DNA of 63,948 nt, the filler included, from Porpidia crustulata (lineage: Eukaryota), in NCBI GenBank assembly GCA_964255105.1. It is 3 parts of 3 records of this genome, joined end to end, with 100 filler letters (N's around TTAATTAATTAA, not from the genome) between each part and the next. Parts side by side here need not be neighbours in the genome. Positions count along the whole stretch, not along the records: positions 22,442 to 44,757 come from CAXUWE010000088.1; positions 44,858 to 63,948 come from CAXUWE010000151.1; 1 more part is not named here. One strand, 5' to 3'. The notes beneath the pieces were generated by a model that worked only from the letters and a program-made list of their open reading frames with translations, was not told the origin of the DNA and did no database searches. The position numbers were made by a program, and so were the translations under genes. Positions within the stretch are counted from its first letter, which is position 1. Every line of letters begins with the position of its first letter. Shown here piece by piece: positions 37,351-51,168 of this stretch.

Positions 37351-40300
37351 CGACTCTGGACGACAAGGGATGATCATACCGCATGTGTTGGGTGTTGAAA
37401 TGTCCCATCCCAGGCTCGTGCAGAAGTGTGAAGCTGCAAGCTTCGGCATCCAATCGATTGGGTGGTTCGTGCGACCCACGATCTTGTGCCGGAAGCTAAT
37501 ATGCTGCACGCATGGAGCGATCGCTATCGGCTCCATGAATGTTGCACATGAGCGTCCCTGGGGAGCCTTTCCGACCAAATCTCGTGATGACAGGAGAATA
37601 CGGGCTAGGATCATCTATAATGATCCGTGACAATTTACTGAAGTATCAATAAGCTTATTCTAATCAGCTATGAGCAGGTATTCCCGAGAGACTCGTCGCA
37701 ATGACGGCTATCAAAGGTGGTCTGTCAAACTATTGTTTCTTGTTAAGAGGTGGAAAGTTGATGGGCAGCCCAGCGATGCCAGCTAATGCACCTTCAAGTG
37801 GGTAGATGGGGTAATCTAGATAAGTATTCGACTCGATCACGGCTTTCCGAATGTTTCGACGACCCGAGATCCGGTAAAATATACCAAGATCTTGTAAATT
37901 ATACTTTCAGCCTCGATTTCTGTGATACCTTACCTTGCCGTATTTGACATATTCGATCTTTAGCCGTAGAAGTTTCTGTCAATCCATTGTGCTACCTGCG
38001 TGTTGAAAATTACTCCCAAGAAGGTGTCTGTACTCCCTCATATTGACGCCCCTGCGCCAGCGACGTCAGATTCCGCGGAGAAAAGGGTTGAGCAAGCACG
38101 CTTGTCCTCTTTGCGGCCGGACTCTTTGGGTGCATGTATGAAGCCACCACACGCAGTGCCAGCCTCCAGCGCCAAAGTGGCTTTTGCCAGAGCTTTTCAG
38201 CTCACCACGGCCAGTGATAGATGCGAATCCCGCGACACCAGAGAATACCGGCGCGCACTAATACTAGCTCACTGACTGCGTGGACAGCAAAAAGCGACGT
38301 TCTTTCGATGCCATCTGTATGGGCGGGCAAGTCATACCAACTCTCAAACTTTCGATGGACGGTAGTGCGGGTCACAGTAGTCGGCATTAAAGACATCGGA
38401 TTGTCGAGTACGAAGAGCGACAAAAAGCCTCATACAGTTGGATCAATTAATAGACGTCCCTCAACATGGACACTTACCTCGACCCGGTATCCGGGATGTG
38501 CCCACCTTGCACATACTTTTACCTAGTCCGTCTACCCCGGATTGAGGGACTCTTACTACCATGCTATGACTTTGGGCGAAGCTAATTCTCAACAGCACAA
38601 GAAATGGGCAGGTGTTACAACACTGACGGGGCAATTAGAGAATTTGAATTACAGACTGGCAGAACTGGCTAGCTTGCTGGATCTGGAGACTGGGTGTCAC
38701 GTCCTGGACTGGAAGTGGTAAGATGGGTGTCACCATCTTACATCTAATTAATCACGAAGCAGCGGGAGATTGATCAGGATGATATCGACGCCGAAATGAG
38801 TCAATGAGTAATGATAGTAATGATAACATTCAAGCGGCTAAACAACAGCACAAATAATTGTCTTATTGATAACGCTACGCAATATTCCAGTTGCATCCGC
38901 CTTCCTACAATAAAAAGAACTTGGATGAGAAGGGAAGAAGTGGCAGACACGCAGAATCAGGGTCAGACAGCCCAGCTTGTCACGCTTGTGTTTTTCTTTT
39001 CCCTAGCGTGCTGGTTTTTCGTGGTTCGGGTCACGGCCTGTCGGCAGCTACGCGCACTAGCACAAGTAGCGTTATAGTTTACACCCCTTTGGATTACCCG
39101 CACTGTATCCGTACCGTATTCCGCGACACGGAACCCGATCGATCTTCGGGTGTAACCTTGTCACTACGAGCTACGATGAGCATCAACAGATCTTCCCACT
39201 AGACCCCAATTACTGGCCCATCATTTCTTACTTTACCAGAGCGGGCAGTTCCATGCCCTGTCCCAATCCCATCCGTCTCAACCACGTCCCTCCACCTCCG
39301 GTCCTCCGGATATCCGTCTGTCTACTTGTGGATATCTCCATCAATCCCTGTGAGCAGACGTCGCACACCACTGCAACGGAAAAGAAGAAAGAACGGAGGC
39401 TGGAAGAATGCTTGACAATACGAGACGATAGGTAGTCACTGGTAGTCAACGGATCAAGCTCAGTACCACGAAGCCTCTCCGGTTGCCGTTAGGCGTAAGA
39501 TAGGTGTACCTTAGTCCTTAGTCCGGCGACCTTAGAGGTACTCGTAGGTTGTGATGCTAGCAGCTGATCTTGGTGCGATTAGAGTGACCAGGGAGGAGAT
39601 GATTGGTTCTCTTTGCCTGAATCACGCTTGATCAGCTGCGACTGGGTTGAATCGTCGTGCAAGGATATCTCAAGTCAAGCGCTGCGCCATCCCTTTTCTT
39701 GCTCCCAATATAGCCTGCCGGACTAATTGAATGACTTCCGTTATTGTTGCCATGGCCCAGTAGACTGATTCCCCCTTCCCCATGTCAAGCAGCTAAGGCT
39801 TCTCTCACATTCCACGGGAAGACTCCGTACCTGTCGTCTTTCGTATCCGAATTCGCGCTCCCAACTGCTGCAAGCCACCAACCCCCCGCAGGTCCCAAGA
39901 GCCAAACACTGCTCGAGTTGGACTTGGGCGTACCATGGTTCAACTTTTCCATCTGATGCGTCTACTGCACTTCCCACGCGCTAGGAGTCGACTCCGGGTA
40001 GTCTTCAGCCTGTGAGGATTCGTCTGAAGGAAACCTGGGCGAACGGTGCACGGTATCGGCGCTGGCGAGTCAGGATGATCGTCACCCGCAAACCCACTCG
40101 AATAGCTAACGTCGAAGGTTCTGGCGGGAGAGGGCCGCAGGGAGGAAAGCGGAACCGTCGAAAGACTTTCCCTGCTCCACTCTTCAGCAGATCGAAGCAA
40201 AATCCTTCTCGGCAATCTGCCTGAGCTTTTTTGGGGATTTGGCGTCGTTGTGCATGCACGACGTCAGACAGTCCACATCGTCCATCCCCAACATGCCTCT

Positions 40301-40634
40301 CATGACTACAGGTGACCTCTAACGACGAAAGAGGCCGCGTCTAACTAACCCTAAAGTGCCACCCTCCCTCTGATATGCTGCAAGATGATTATGTGAAGCG
40401 TCGTGGCTGCCCGCCGCCCAAGGCCTAGATCTCCCACTGGTCTACCATTGACCATATGTCGCATATTGGACGAAGCCCTAATCTTCATCACTCGAACTTT
40501 TGACACATTCAGTGAAGCGTAGACGGCGACCTCGGGTGCTGCATTGGTCCGAGTTACTATCCACTCTGAATATGGATCACCCTTCGTACGCGACTTATCT
40601 CAAGCGGTACTATATGACCGTAGCAGTATAGAAT

Positions 40635-43524
40635 ATGGCCGCCGTTGGCTTCGACCCATTGACAAACGATCTGGCGGCCAATCAACCGACGATGATGCAC
40701 CCGCCAACAGCGCTGAGGGAGAAAACCAAACGTCCTCAACTCTCATGTAATCCCTGCAGGCAACGGAAGGTCAAGGTTTGTATAGCTTCGTGAATGACCT
40801 CGGCCTGCCCTGTTGATAACAGCCACATCCAGTGCGATCGTATCCAACCGTGTACCGCATGCTCTCTGCATCAGATCGCAGAGATATGTCAATATGATCT
40901 AACAGAGTCCGAACGGCATCCGATCCTACAAGCAGAGGCCTTGAAAGAAAAGGACAGGACTATTGCCAGCCTTCGCAACGAGATTCAGCTCCTTCAAGGC
41001 CATCCCATCAAATCCGAACCCCCAGACGAATTTCCGTACGGCCGCAATGCTCAAAAGATTCGCTTACCTCCCAGAGTAACCATGAATCCTGCGAGTCCTC
41101 ATCGGAAGCGCTTCCACCATTCTACTCCGAAAGATACCATCTATTTCGGGAGTCCAGGCGTGACCGGCGTCGTGGAAGAGGTCCGTATTTGCGTACATCG
41201 ACCGTCAACTTGCGTACTGAAGGATTCCTAGTTTGCAAATCTATCTGTCAATGGTCAAGGAGCAAACCTCACCCACTCTGTTCCGAGAGGCACAGATATG
41301 TTTTCGTCTCAAATGACCAAAAGTATTCCTTTCCCTACCGTTTGGTCTTTGCAGGATGATGGCTCAACCTTGTTGAAGCTGTTGCCTTCCAAGCAAGAGA
41401 TTTTTGCGTGCCTAAATGCTTTTCATTGCCGAGCCCAGTCGTTATCGTTCCCCCATATTCCTGAAGAGTGTACCGAGCAGGAAATTCGACGGTTCTTGGC
41501 TAACATAGAACACAATGCTACCGTTCACCTTGACATGCTTGCACTCCTTTTCTGCACCTTGGCTCTAGGACTGCAGACCGGCGTGTACGACAAGTACGGT
41601 GAGCGATGGGTTGCTGGTGCCGTGGAAAAAGAGTTACTGCAGGGAGACATGTGGAGTGAGTGGATCAAACGTTCATATGTTGGAGCACACTGTTAACATG
41701 CTACAGTCGCCGCTGCAATGCAGTGCCTGAGACTTTCGTCATGGACAAGCCGGCCCACACTACTGACCATCAAATCCCTGCTTATGATGAGCCCTTACTT
41801 GACGAACAGTGGAAAATTCCTTGACGCGTGGGCTTTGTTTGGGATGACTGTCCGGTTGGCGCAGAGTGTTGGCTGTAAGATGTTCCATATCTTCGACCGC
41901 ACTCGATTGCTGACCATGGCTTTTAGTGCATCGTGATCCCAGACAGCTCAATCCACCTCCACCTCCGAAGGAGGCTGCGGTGAGGAAGAGCCTTTGGTGG
42001 TGGATGCTACATATGGACCAGGAATTCTCCATGACTCTCGGACGTCCACTAGGAATCTCGAGTATGGGTGACTGCCCGGTACCGGAACCTCTCGTCCCTG
42101 AGCCCATCATCCAGAGTTTGTCCAATTATGTCTCGCAGTTTAGCATTCTGGCTCGCCAAATCCTATCCACTGGATACTTGTCAGTGGAACGAATCGACGG
42201 CTTCACGGATCAACTGTTGGCTCTTAAGGCTACCCTTCCGGCCGTGGTAAACTTTGACCAAAATTGGTTGAATTGCGAGAAATCAATCCCACCATGGCCT
42301 CTGGATGCCCAAGCGTCCATGTTACACGGATCCACCCACAACTTCCTGCTTCTACTGAACCGACAGCGAGCGGCAAATTCTCGGAGCAACGGAACCGCTG
42401 ATTATAGCTACCACACCACCGAGGCAGACGCAACCAACGTTTCGCGAGGTCGAGAGAGAGTGCTTGCCTCTTGTCGTGAAATCTTCCATTGTTTTAAATT
42501 CTTCCACACTCGTGTGCGTGCTGCCTTGACCTGCTGGACGATGGGACAACAAGCTTTCAATGCAAGCATGATCCTCCTCCTATCCGCGCTTGAAACCGAA
42601 GAAACCGGGGATCTTGAGATCGTGAAGCGTAGCTATAGCATCTTTCTCGAGATGAACAAGCTCGGCATACATAAGCTGGCGGGTACCGCAGTAGAGAGAC
42701 TAGGGGCTCTGATGAAAGAGTTTCCATCAGGCAAATCGCAGAGAGAGCCGGTCATGAGTCGTCAAGGGATGATGTTGGTGGAGGAGCCTGGACTAACGAG
42801 GCACTTGGACAAGCAGAAATCTCCGCCATTGAACTACCAAATGGCCGGCGATGCTTTAGGATACGATGGATCCGGATCGAACGCAGCTACAAGCGAGGCC
42901 AGGACTGGCGAGGGCAACAATCACGCTGGAAGATGTACGCCAACGCAGCGAACTGCAAGGAAAGCTGCTCAGCGAAAATCAGTCGGACGCGGTCCACGAT
43001 CTCGCGAATCTACAAACAAACAAACACCCAAACGCCGGCGTTCCATCCCTCATGGAAACGCCGCCCGGCAACTGTCGCCTAAAAAGTCCCATCAAAAAGG
43101 GCGTACAATCCATAGCGCAGGCGCTATCCCTCCTCCCGGATCTCTGCCGTTCAGCTTCTCCAATCCCACCATGTCCGGCTCCATAACTCCGAGCTTACTG
43201 ACGTCGAACGAGCCTTCTTTCTCTCCCATCAACGGTTTCGACCCTCAGTCCCAACGTCTACAAGAACTGAACTTCGACCCTACATCCCAGCCCCGAGACT
43301 TCCGCAACCACCGTCCGACTTTCACCCATTCCGGATCCGATCCTGGGATCCAACCGTTCGCTTTTGACACCCACATCGTACCCTCGGATCTCCTCGACGA
43401 TCAATTCCCCGCCTCAAACCAACCCATGGACTACGGCATCGACGATAGCGGCTTCAAGCAGTTCCACGCGCCATACGCTTACTCCATGGCCGAAATCCCC
43501 TGCTCCACCTTCCCACCTTACTAG
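40635..43524 (+). CDS. Zn(II)2Cys6 fungal transcription factor
   Basis: KRPQLSCNPCRQRKVK|CDRIQPCTACSLHQIAEICQY, and GMTVRLAQSVG|LHRDP...RKSLWWWMLHMDQEFSMTLGRP. The 5' end is uncertain; additional exons may lie from about 40290. Confidence 0.85.
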
Positions 43525-44475
43525 GCCTCGGCTCGATTCAAATCCGATTTAGCGACATGCATTCTGGCATCCAAGGGGGCGACGAAGGGCGGTTATTTCG
43601 ACCCAACACCGGCTGTCGTCCCTGTAGCGCGTACATTTGGCTCCTTGCAGCCCGTTGCTTGTTGGGGATGTGGGGAACTCTGATGCATTTTGGCATCGTC
43701 GTGGGGCGCGTGGGTTCCAACAGTACCATTGCCCCCTCGTGAGCGTGTGCTTTTGCTGCATCTTGGTACGGTGTTTGTTCGCGGGCGATCGTGCATTTGT
43801 TTTTTTCGATCTTTACCTTGCATCGATTTTACCATTTTCTTTCTTTGGAACTCACTCTTACAGTCATTCATCTTTTGGCTTTCCAAGACGACACCCATTC
43901 CTTTTGCACCCCAGAACTCACACTCACCTATCATAAAAAAATAAAAGCCGACGGGTGCGTTGATGTTTCCTGGATCTCGCACGACGGAATCTTCAATGAC
44001 GAGGACGAAGTGGGGAAATTCCGCAGGATTTTGTTCCAGGGGTGTATGTAGGAAATCACGCTATATCACGATTACTTTTTCTCCTTCCTCCACGCTCGCG
44101 GAAACAGATAAAACCACTACCAACTCACTTCCACTGTAATCCCCCAAGCCAAGCTCTTCGTTCGATGAGCGGTGAATTGCATACCGGTCTCCGAGATCAA
44201 AAATCCTCCCGCCTCCCACATCAATCCTTCTCCTTCTCATCCTACCTCGCCAAAATCTCTTTTTAACTTTTTATTCCTATGTTTACAAATCCCGCCCGAA
44301 TTTTTTCTCTGGTTGCGGAGTAGGCCCTAGGTTGGGTAGGTTTCGTAGGTTCTTGGGCTATGTATATCGGGTATAGGGGGATATGATGTAGGGTATGGAG
44401 TGTACTGATCGTTGGTGGGGGCGGTTGGATAAAAATGGGGAGATAGAGAAGGGATTCGGAGGAATGTATTAGAGA

Positions 44476-44583
44476 ATGTAGTAGAGGATGTAGTAGGAGA
44501 TGTAGTGGAAGATGTGGTGGGAGATGTAGTAGAAGATGTAGTAAAATATACAACAAAGGATGTAACAGCATTTGTAGTAGAAG
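44476..44583. repeat. Degenerate 12-bp minisatellite (ATGTAGTAGAAG-like, about 9 units)
   Basis: Units at 12-bp spacing: atgtagtagagg, atgtagtaggag, atgtagtggaag, atgtggtgggag, atgtagtagaag, atgtagtaaaat... Confidence 0.8.
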
Positions 44584-44757
44584 AAGTAGAGTATATATAA
44601 AAATCGGTGTCAACATAACCACGCCGAGAGCGAAATAATCAGACTGCTATCGTACATAGACCTTTTTCCTTCAGATTCGATCCTTGTCATGTACCTCTCT
44701 CTCCGATACCTTCTCGTTGAATAATTTCCTTTACTCTTGTCTTCCTCAGTCCTTGCC

Positions 44758-44857
44758 NNNNNNNNNNNNNNNNNNNNNNNNNNNNNNNNNNNNNNNNNNN
44801 NTTAATTAATTAANNNNNNNNNNNNNNNNNNNNNNNNNNNNNNNNNNNNNNNNNNNN
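44758..44857. other. Assembly gap: 100-bp N spacer with TTAATTAATTAA linker
   Basis: Same structure as the gap at 22342. Confidence 0.98.
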
Positions 44858-45599
44858 CCCCATTACCCTTCTACCCCGCCCAGAAAAAACCTCTGACCAG
44901 GTGCAAAAAAGCCTGAAAGTGACGAACCGCAATAGTCCCAACCCAAGACCGCGGGAGACCGACCCTTTTCCCCTTTTCCTTTTTTTTCCCTCGCCTCCAT
45001 TCAGCGGCAAGAACGACGTATGCGAAGATTTTCCGGAAATAAGGTTCCGCGTCAAGGCTTGAGCGGATGACGTGCACTGATGGTGAAGAAATCAAGGGGT
45101 GGGGAAAATATCCTCGAGTGCGTCAAACAACCGGAGATTAGTAGGTGCAAAGACGGGGCCTTGACAACAGACGAGATGTTCTTTGATTCTCTACGCTTGC
45201 GCGGGGGGTGAATTCTTTGAAACGTGCAGATAGCAATATGATTCAGCAGCTAAGATCCAAGATATATGAGAGAATGATACAATGCTCTCAAAGACCGTCG
45301 AAGCACACCCCAAAAAAGATCGAGTCCGCACGCAAACATGACGAATTAGTCTTACGAGCGCGCGAATCGAACTCATCGAGACCCCAACGGCCACTCGACC
45401 CGAAATCGTCCAAAAACGCCGGGACTAAACTTTTTCCTCCCAGTACCCACACGGAAACCGTACACCAAGGCAGAAATAATTGGATACATGCAAAAGACGG
45501 CGCATTGGCCCAGTCCGGAGTCTTTGTTGGTAATGCTCCTGAAAGCCTTCGATCGTTTTGCGGGTGCCCAGAGAGCCTGCTCAAGTACGCCAAACCCAC

Positions 45600-48021
45600 T
45601 TAATCCTCATCGCCAATGACTCTGACAGTCTTGCCCCCATCTCCCCGGCTCGACCGCCTCAATGGCGTGACAGCGTTTTTCCGCATGCTAGCTGCGTTCT
45701 TCCGTACACTGACAGCGGTCTTCATCACACTGGATACATTCTTGTTTGCAATCGAAATGGCAGCTTTGCTGCCACCTTTTTGGCTTGAGGTCGATTTATC
45801 CTTGACCGCCTTTGGGGTTTGGAGCTTTTCGATTCTATTTTCGCGATCCGCCCCTTCGTTGTCCACATCTTTACCTTTAGCCACACTATCATCTTGCTTC
45901 TCATTCCGTTCCTTCAACAATTTACCTGCAGACGAACGCCGTCGGCTATAAGTGATGGTGGTGTGTTTCTTGACCTTATTTTTGGTAATTTCCGAGGTCG
46001 TCGTAAGATGCATTCCCCTCAAAGATCTCTTAGATACTTTTTTCACAGGCCGCTCATTTGCGGCGGTAGACGAGGCTAAACTCCTGACTTTTGACAGCTT
46101 GGTATTAGCTTTTGACACCATCTCGCTCGCTTCATCACTCGCCACAAGTATATAGGCATATCCCTTCTTCACCTTGGCCGGAATATCCAATTTCCTCCTT
46201 TTAGTTATCGTTTCAGTGACGTTCTCAATTGCATTTTGCAGAGCTTGTCCAAACTTTCGCTTACCGCCAGTAGCAATGGGCTTCAGAGCTTCTTTGATCT
46301 CTTTCGGTTTAGGACCAAGTACGCCGCGGCAGCTTGCAGCACCGCAGCGGCATTCTTGCACGTTTTTGATCGAGTAAGGACTGAAATTGTAGTCATAAGT
46401 CAGTTCCTCTCCTGTCATGATGCCGCCGTCCCCAGCGAAAAGCGCCATACGCGGCTTGCCGGCTACAGTCCATTTGATCATTCTACAGTTGGGCTCGCAG
46501 GAATGGTTGATGAAACGGGCGATGGATCCTCGAGTGGCGTCCAGTATCATCTGTTGGTCGAAGTCCATCAGATAGTAGCACTAAGTCTGATTAGTCTCAG
46601 TTCCTTACAGACTATTGTTATTACAAACCTCTGCATTCTTGTATCGCTTGTCCATCCTAAAATCACACTCATCTTGTGTTATGATCTCACCAGTGTACTC
46701 AACAATGATCTGATTGGGCTCAAATGTACGGTTGCTTCGCACTCCGTGTCCGCGGTCGACCGTCTTAATGACTTCGACGCCGATGTTATACTTGCTTCCA
46801 TTCTTTGTACGCTCCTTCAATCCAGCGAATGCACGATTGGTACAGTGACTGGAGCCGATAGTGCAATTACTGTCATCGCACTCATAGAACATGAAACGAT
46901 TGAAGCATTCTTCGTCGCAGCCATTTTCGGGCGTGCATATACATGTCGATGCCTCAAGAGACTTCGATTTCTTCCAGATCGCGGCGGCTTCAGCAATAAA
47001 GATATCTGGTGTAGATTATTAGTAGGTACATACAGCAGCTCCGAACGTACTTACTCTTATGGGTCTTCTTCCACTCTTCTGGCTTCGGCTGGCATGGTGG
47101 TAGAGGGGAAAATATATCAAAGGGTAATTTGAAATCTCTCCCTATCTCAATGGTCCTCTGTCCTGCAAACATGGGTAATGGTAAGATTCTTCGCTGGTGG
47201 CCGGCTGTTTTCTTAGCCGATGCCTTCCTCATCTTGTTTTGCGTTTCGGGGAGCCTCGCATCAAAGTCTTGATTTTGTCCGACGTAGAGGCCTTGCGAAA
47301 GCCATCGCTTAGTGGGCGGCTTTTTCGCGGCTTGAACCTCTATTTCTGACGGAGAGGGAGTAGTTATCTTCACATTTGCGACATCGGACAGTCGAGCTCG
47401 TTTTATGCAAGGCCCCTCGAAGCTCGGGATTGCTACTTCTCTAGGTCGCGAGCTTGCTCTCTTATTGCCCTTGAGAGCTTGTATTATTTCCATGCCAGAC
47501 TCAAGAGTCTCCCTGCCCCTCTTTCCAAGGATACTCTTCGTCTTTCCTACCATATCCGTAGCTTTCTCAAGAATTTCCAAGCGCGTTGACTGGCGTCTCT
47601 TGGGCTGTCGCTCTGCTTCCATGGATTTCTTCAAATTCTCCCCGGGCATAGCACCAAGCGTCCAACCTCGATCAAGCAATTGCACGCTTTCTTGCACAAG
47701 TCTCTCCTGGGTGTCGTTGAAATTTACGAGGGTCTCGTCGGAGGTATTACGCCCATCCTCTTCCACCCTCCTCTTTCGGCGCCTATATTTGTCAGAGCCG
47801 TATAAAATATTTTCGTTGTAGATGCCAATGCTGGATTGAATTAGTCGTAGGCGCTCAGAACTTCTCCCGCCTGTTTTTATTTTGGGTGTCGCGTCGGTTG
47901 ATACGCTCGCCGCGTCGGTATTGCTCGTAGCAGGTGTTGGGGAAGAAGTGGAATTGCTATCGGACGTATTGAGAGCAATGCTTGGAGCTGAAGCAGAGCC
48001 TCTAGACTCCGAACGCGTCAT
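45600..48021 (-). CDS. ash1: SET-domain H3K36 methyltransferase, fungal ASH1 type
   Basis: AWS/SET/post-SET motifs: CDEECFNRFMFYECDDSNC, RGHGVRS, IVEYTGEII, GSIARFINHSCEPNC, ELTYDYNF, CRCGAASCRG. The upstream WLSQGLYVGQ and DFKLPFDIFSPLP blocks are typical of fungal Ash1. Confidence 0.88.
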
Positions 48022-48646
48022 GGTTGTATGTGTAGAGGTTGATTTTTTCCAAAGCTGCTGCAAGAATGAGAGTATCAAATCAAGTAGACGCAGTGAATCA
48101 AAGTCTTGTGATGCGCTTCTAATTAACGATAATTACGTAGCGATACTGAGCAAGTGTTCTTGATGACGGTCATCTACGTTGAAAATGAAAATTGACCGGG
48201 AAGTTCTCCTGTGTTGGGGATGGGAAGTGGAAGAGCGTTTTGGGTGAACTTTATATATATGTGGTAGGTGGTAGATGTGGTTCTCGGTGTTGTCGAGGGG
48301 CATTATTGGGGGTTCGTTCCAAACAAAGCTTCTCAACCAATCAATCTAGGCTTGATCACACCAGCAACTTCCAACATTCCGACCTGGGCCATCGAGTACA
48401 ATGGTGCCATAGATATATACTTCAAATCAAATTCCAAATATTATATATTACAAAATTTCCGAGCCGCTGACCAAATGTCGCCCACGGCTCACTCAACCCA
48501 CACCAACTGATGGGGTATATCAAAAGGACGAAATGTTGGGGAAATCGCTTAGACGCTCATTGTCGCATACGGAAGCAATACGGGGGCACCAAGCGGTGGT
48601 GGTCTATACAAAAGGGAAATGGCATATTGAGGGCTATTAGGACAAT

Positions 48647-50737
48647 CTACAAACCTACCCTGGCCTGCTTCATACCGGTGGGTCCTTGAAACGATTGGTA
48701 AGAGCCAGAAACGCTTTGCATTTCCATTACACCACGTCGTTGCTCGGCAGGCTGCTTCCGGAGTCTGCGCGTCCCAAAACGCTGGTCACCAGGCTCATAC
48801 TTCTGCTTGAAATGAAGATAAGTCGGCGATCTTGGTCGTAGAAGCGCGACAATCCAATTATTTAGGAAATTCCCTTGGGTGAATGGCCGATGCCGATCCT
48901 TCTTCAGAAACTTATGAGAATTGATATACTCCCTCGTTGTTTCTCCGCGCCCCATCAAATATAGGTGGTATCCCCAAAGACAGAGAGGATATGGCGTAGC
49001 GAGAAGACCGTAAAGTATCATAGCGAACGGTGTTCTCCAATATCTGATAGACTCACGGAAAGATATATTTTGAGCCGATTGGTAGTGTAGACACTGGCCA
49101 AGGCTTGCAAATGTTAAGAAGAGGCCCAGAATTGAGCCTGAGCTCACGAAAGCAATAAAATACCGATAATTCCGTCGGCCAACGCAATTGTTGATCCACA
49201 CACAATGGTGATCCTGAGTCTCTATACAGTTATCGCAGACTCGGCAATGATGACACCGGGGTGGCCGCCAGATATTGCAAGTTTTACAATACTTGGTTGG
49301 GACATCCATTGCGGCAGTCGCCGTGCCGGATGATTTGATCATGGTCCATTGAGTAGTCGGCGGACCTAATGTGAGCGGGTCTTCAGAGACTTTAGGTGGA
49401 TGTAAAGCATGCAGGTTCCGAGGTAATATCTTGGATGAAAGATTAGTTTGATGTAACGTGAGGGCCATGATTTGTAGTATTCTTACACCCGGATCTGTGG
49501 CGGACGCACGTATGAAGGATGATATGCAGATAAAGAAAAGGTAGGCAAAGATAGCTGGTACGGCAGGCGAAATGTTGTGCCAATAGTACGTTCCACTGAC
49601 AACAGTTAGTGCGGCTCTTGATGGACGATGCAATGTTGCCACTTACGAATACCCCAGGAACAAAGCAGAGGGTAGTACGACAAGAATTCCTGTAGCAATG
49701 TTGATTGGTCTGTCCCGGGTATTCTGTAACCTACCTCCCAATATGAAAGCAGTATTGCCAGAGAAGTACTGATAGTTGAATCCCGCCTCCTGCTTCGAAT
49801 CTGGAACCACATCTGATTGTCTAGGGACCGGGGAAGGCGTCGATGAGGACAAACGCTTGTGTCCTTGGCTGTCTTCTTGCATTGCGGCGCTTCCTTTTGA
49901 CGAGTGAAAGAAGGTATTTCGGAAAGATTTAGGTGACTTCTGCGCTGGAGATGATCTAGCGTCCACCTGTCTGTAATTTCTGCCAAGTTCCGGGCTACCC
50001 AGCCGGGGATTTGAGTGCCTATTGTGCAGTGGACTCTCACTATCCCCTATACTTCGAAGAGTAGCGTTTCCTGTAGGACTAGCAGTAGCTGTGCCCCGAC
50101 CTTCTGGTTCAGTGAATTCAGTACCCCTTGAAGGTGGTGGAAGATCATTATCCTGATGTAATACTGGACCTTGCTGCACTGTTGCACTAGATTCTAGGCT
50201 CTGCCTGGTCGTACTACTTCCAAGTTCGCTGCCGTAATCCGTGTGGGGATTGCGCTGTTTTTGAGCAATGGGACGCCCAGTTCTTTGCGCCTGCAGACGC
50301 TGTGAACTCATCGGATGGAAGAATGCATGAGACGTCAACGAAGGGACATGTGTCTTGCTTGTCGAGTTTGCAGAACTTTGAGGTCGGCTGCTATTTGTGA
50401 TGGTTCCGCCCGGCCCTCCAAACGCTCCACCAGGCCTCCAGCTTTCCAACAATGGCGAAGGAATAGCTCGCCTCGACGGTGGGGTTTGTGCCCAAGACCT
50501 GGTCTGCGAAGACCTTGCAGATGGCGGTCGCACTAAATCGTTGGAATGACCTCGTGAAGACACCCCTGTCCCTGAACGTTGTCTATTTGCTGCACCTTCC
50601 GTCTTAAAATCGTCACCATCTTCGGAGACGACATCGGTCATGTGCGATGATATGATACTTGGGGTTTGGTTGGAACCAGAGGTGGGCAATGGTGTGGGGA
50701 AGGAATTACTGGCAAAAGACGGAGTTAGAGACGCCAT
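48647..50737 (-). CDS. ERF2: DHHC palmitoyltransferase Erf2
   Basis: KYCKTCNIWRPPRCHHCRVCDNCIETQDHHCVWINNCVGRRNYRYF, NYQYFSGNT..GGRLQN and ETTREY. Confidence 0.92.
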
Positions 50738-51168
50738 CGCGTGGGCGTTCGTTTGTTCAATTTTGGCACTCGCCAGTGACTTCACGGTTAAGTTCTGAGG
50801 AAGCTTCGATTAGGCTGCATTTTGGGACCGAGTAAAAGGTACCTAGCAGCATTCGTCGAAGGCGAACAGAGTCAAGGTGGGAATAAAGATGGCCTGCTCG
50901 AAGCAAACAATGATGCTTTCGCAACACCGGGAGAATGATAGTGACCGAAGAGATATAACGCAATTACAGGAGAGTTCCTGACCATGGATCAGGCGTTCCT
51001 GGCAAATTGCTCGGCAATCGGAATTAGGAACAAGCGCTTAACTTCGGCGTTATCGCGCTTCGCAACCGCTTCTGTTATGTTCTTACGAAAATTGCCGATG
51101 TATCTCCTAAGCTCATCTAGAGCTTTCGACTTCATTCTCACGACACAACGTCTCTAATTTGACTCAGT

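Noticed and set aside
40345..40354. CTAACCCTAA as a telomerase RNA template
   Set aside because: It is equally explained as an intron branch point (CTAAC) plus AAG acceptor in the TF leader. No pseudoknot or P6.1 elements were recognised, and the downstream sequence is protein coding.
44263..44622. Leu/His-repeat 119-aa ORF
   Set aside because: It is a translation artefact of the 12-bp minisatellite.
46236..47132. 298-aa plus-strand ORF, and similar antisense ORFs such as 58222-58848
   Set aside because: Antisense shadows of well-supported genes (ash1, SEC2), with no recognisable motifs.
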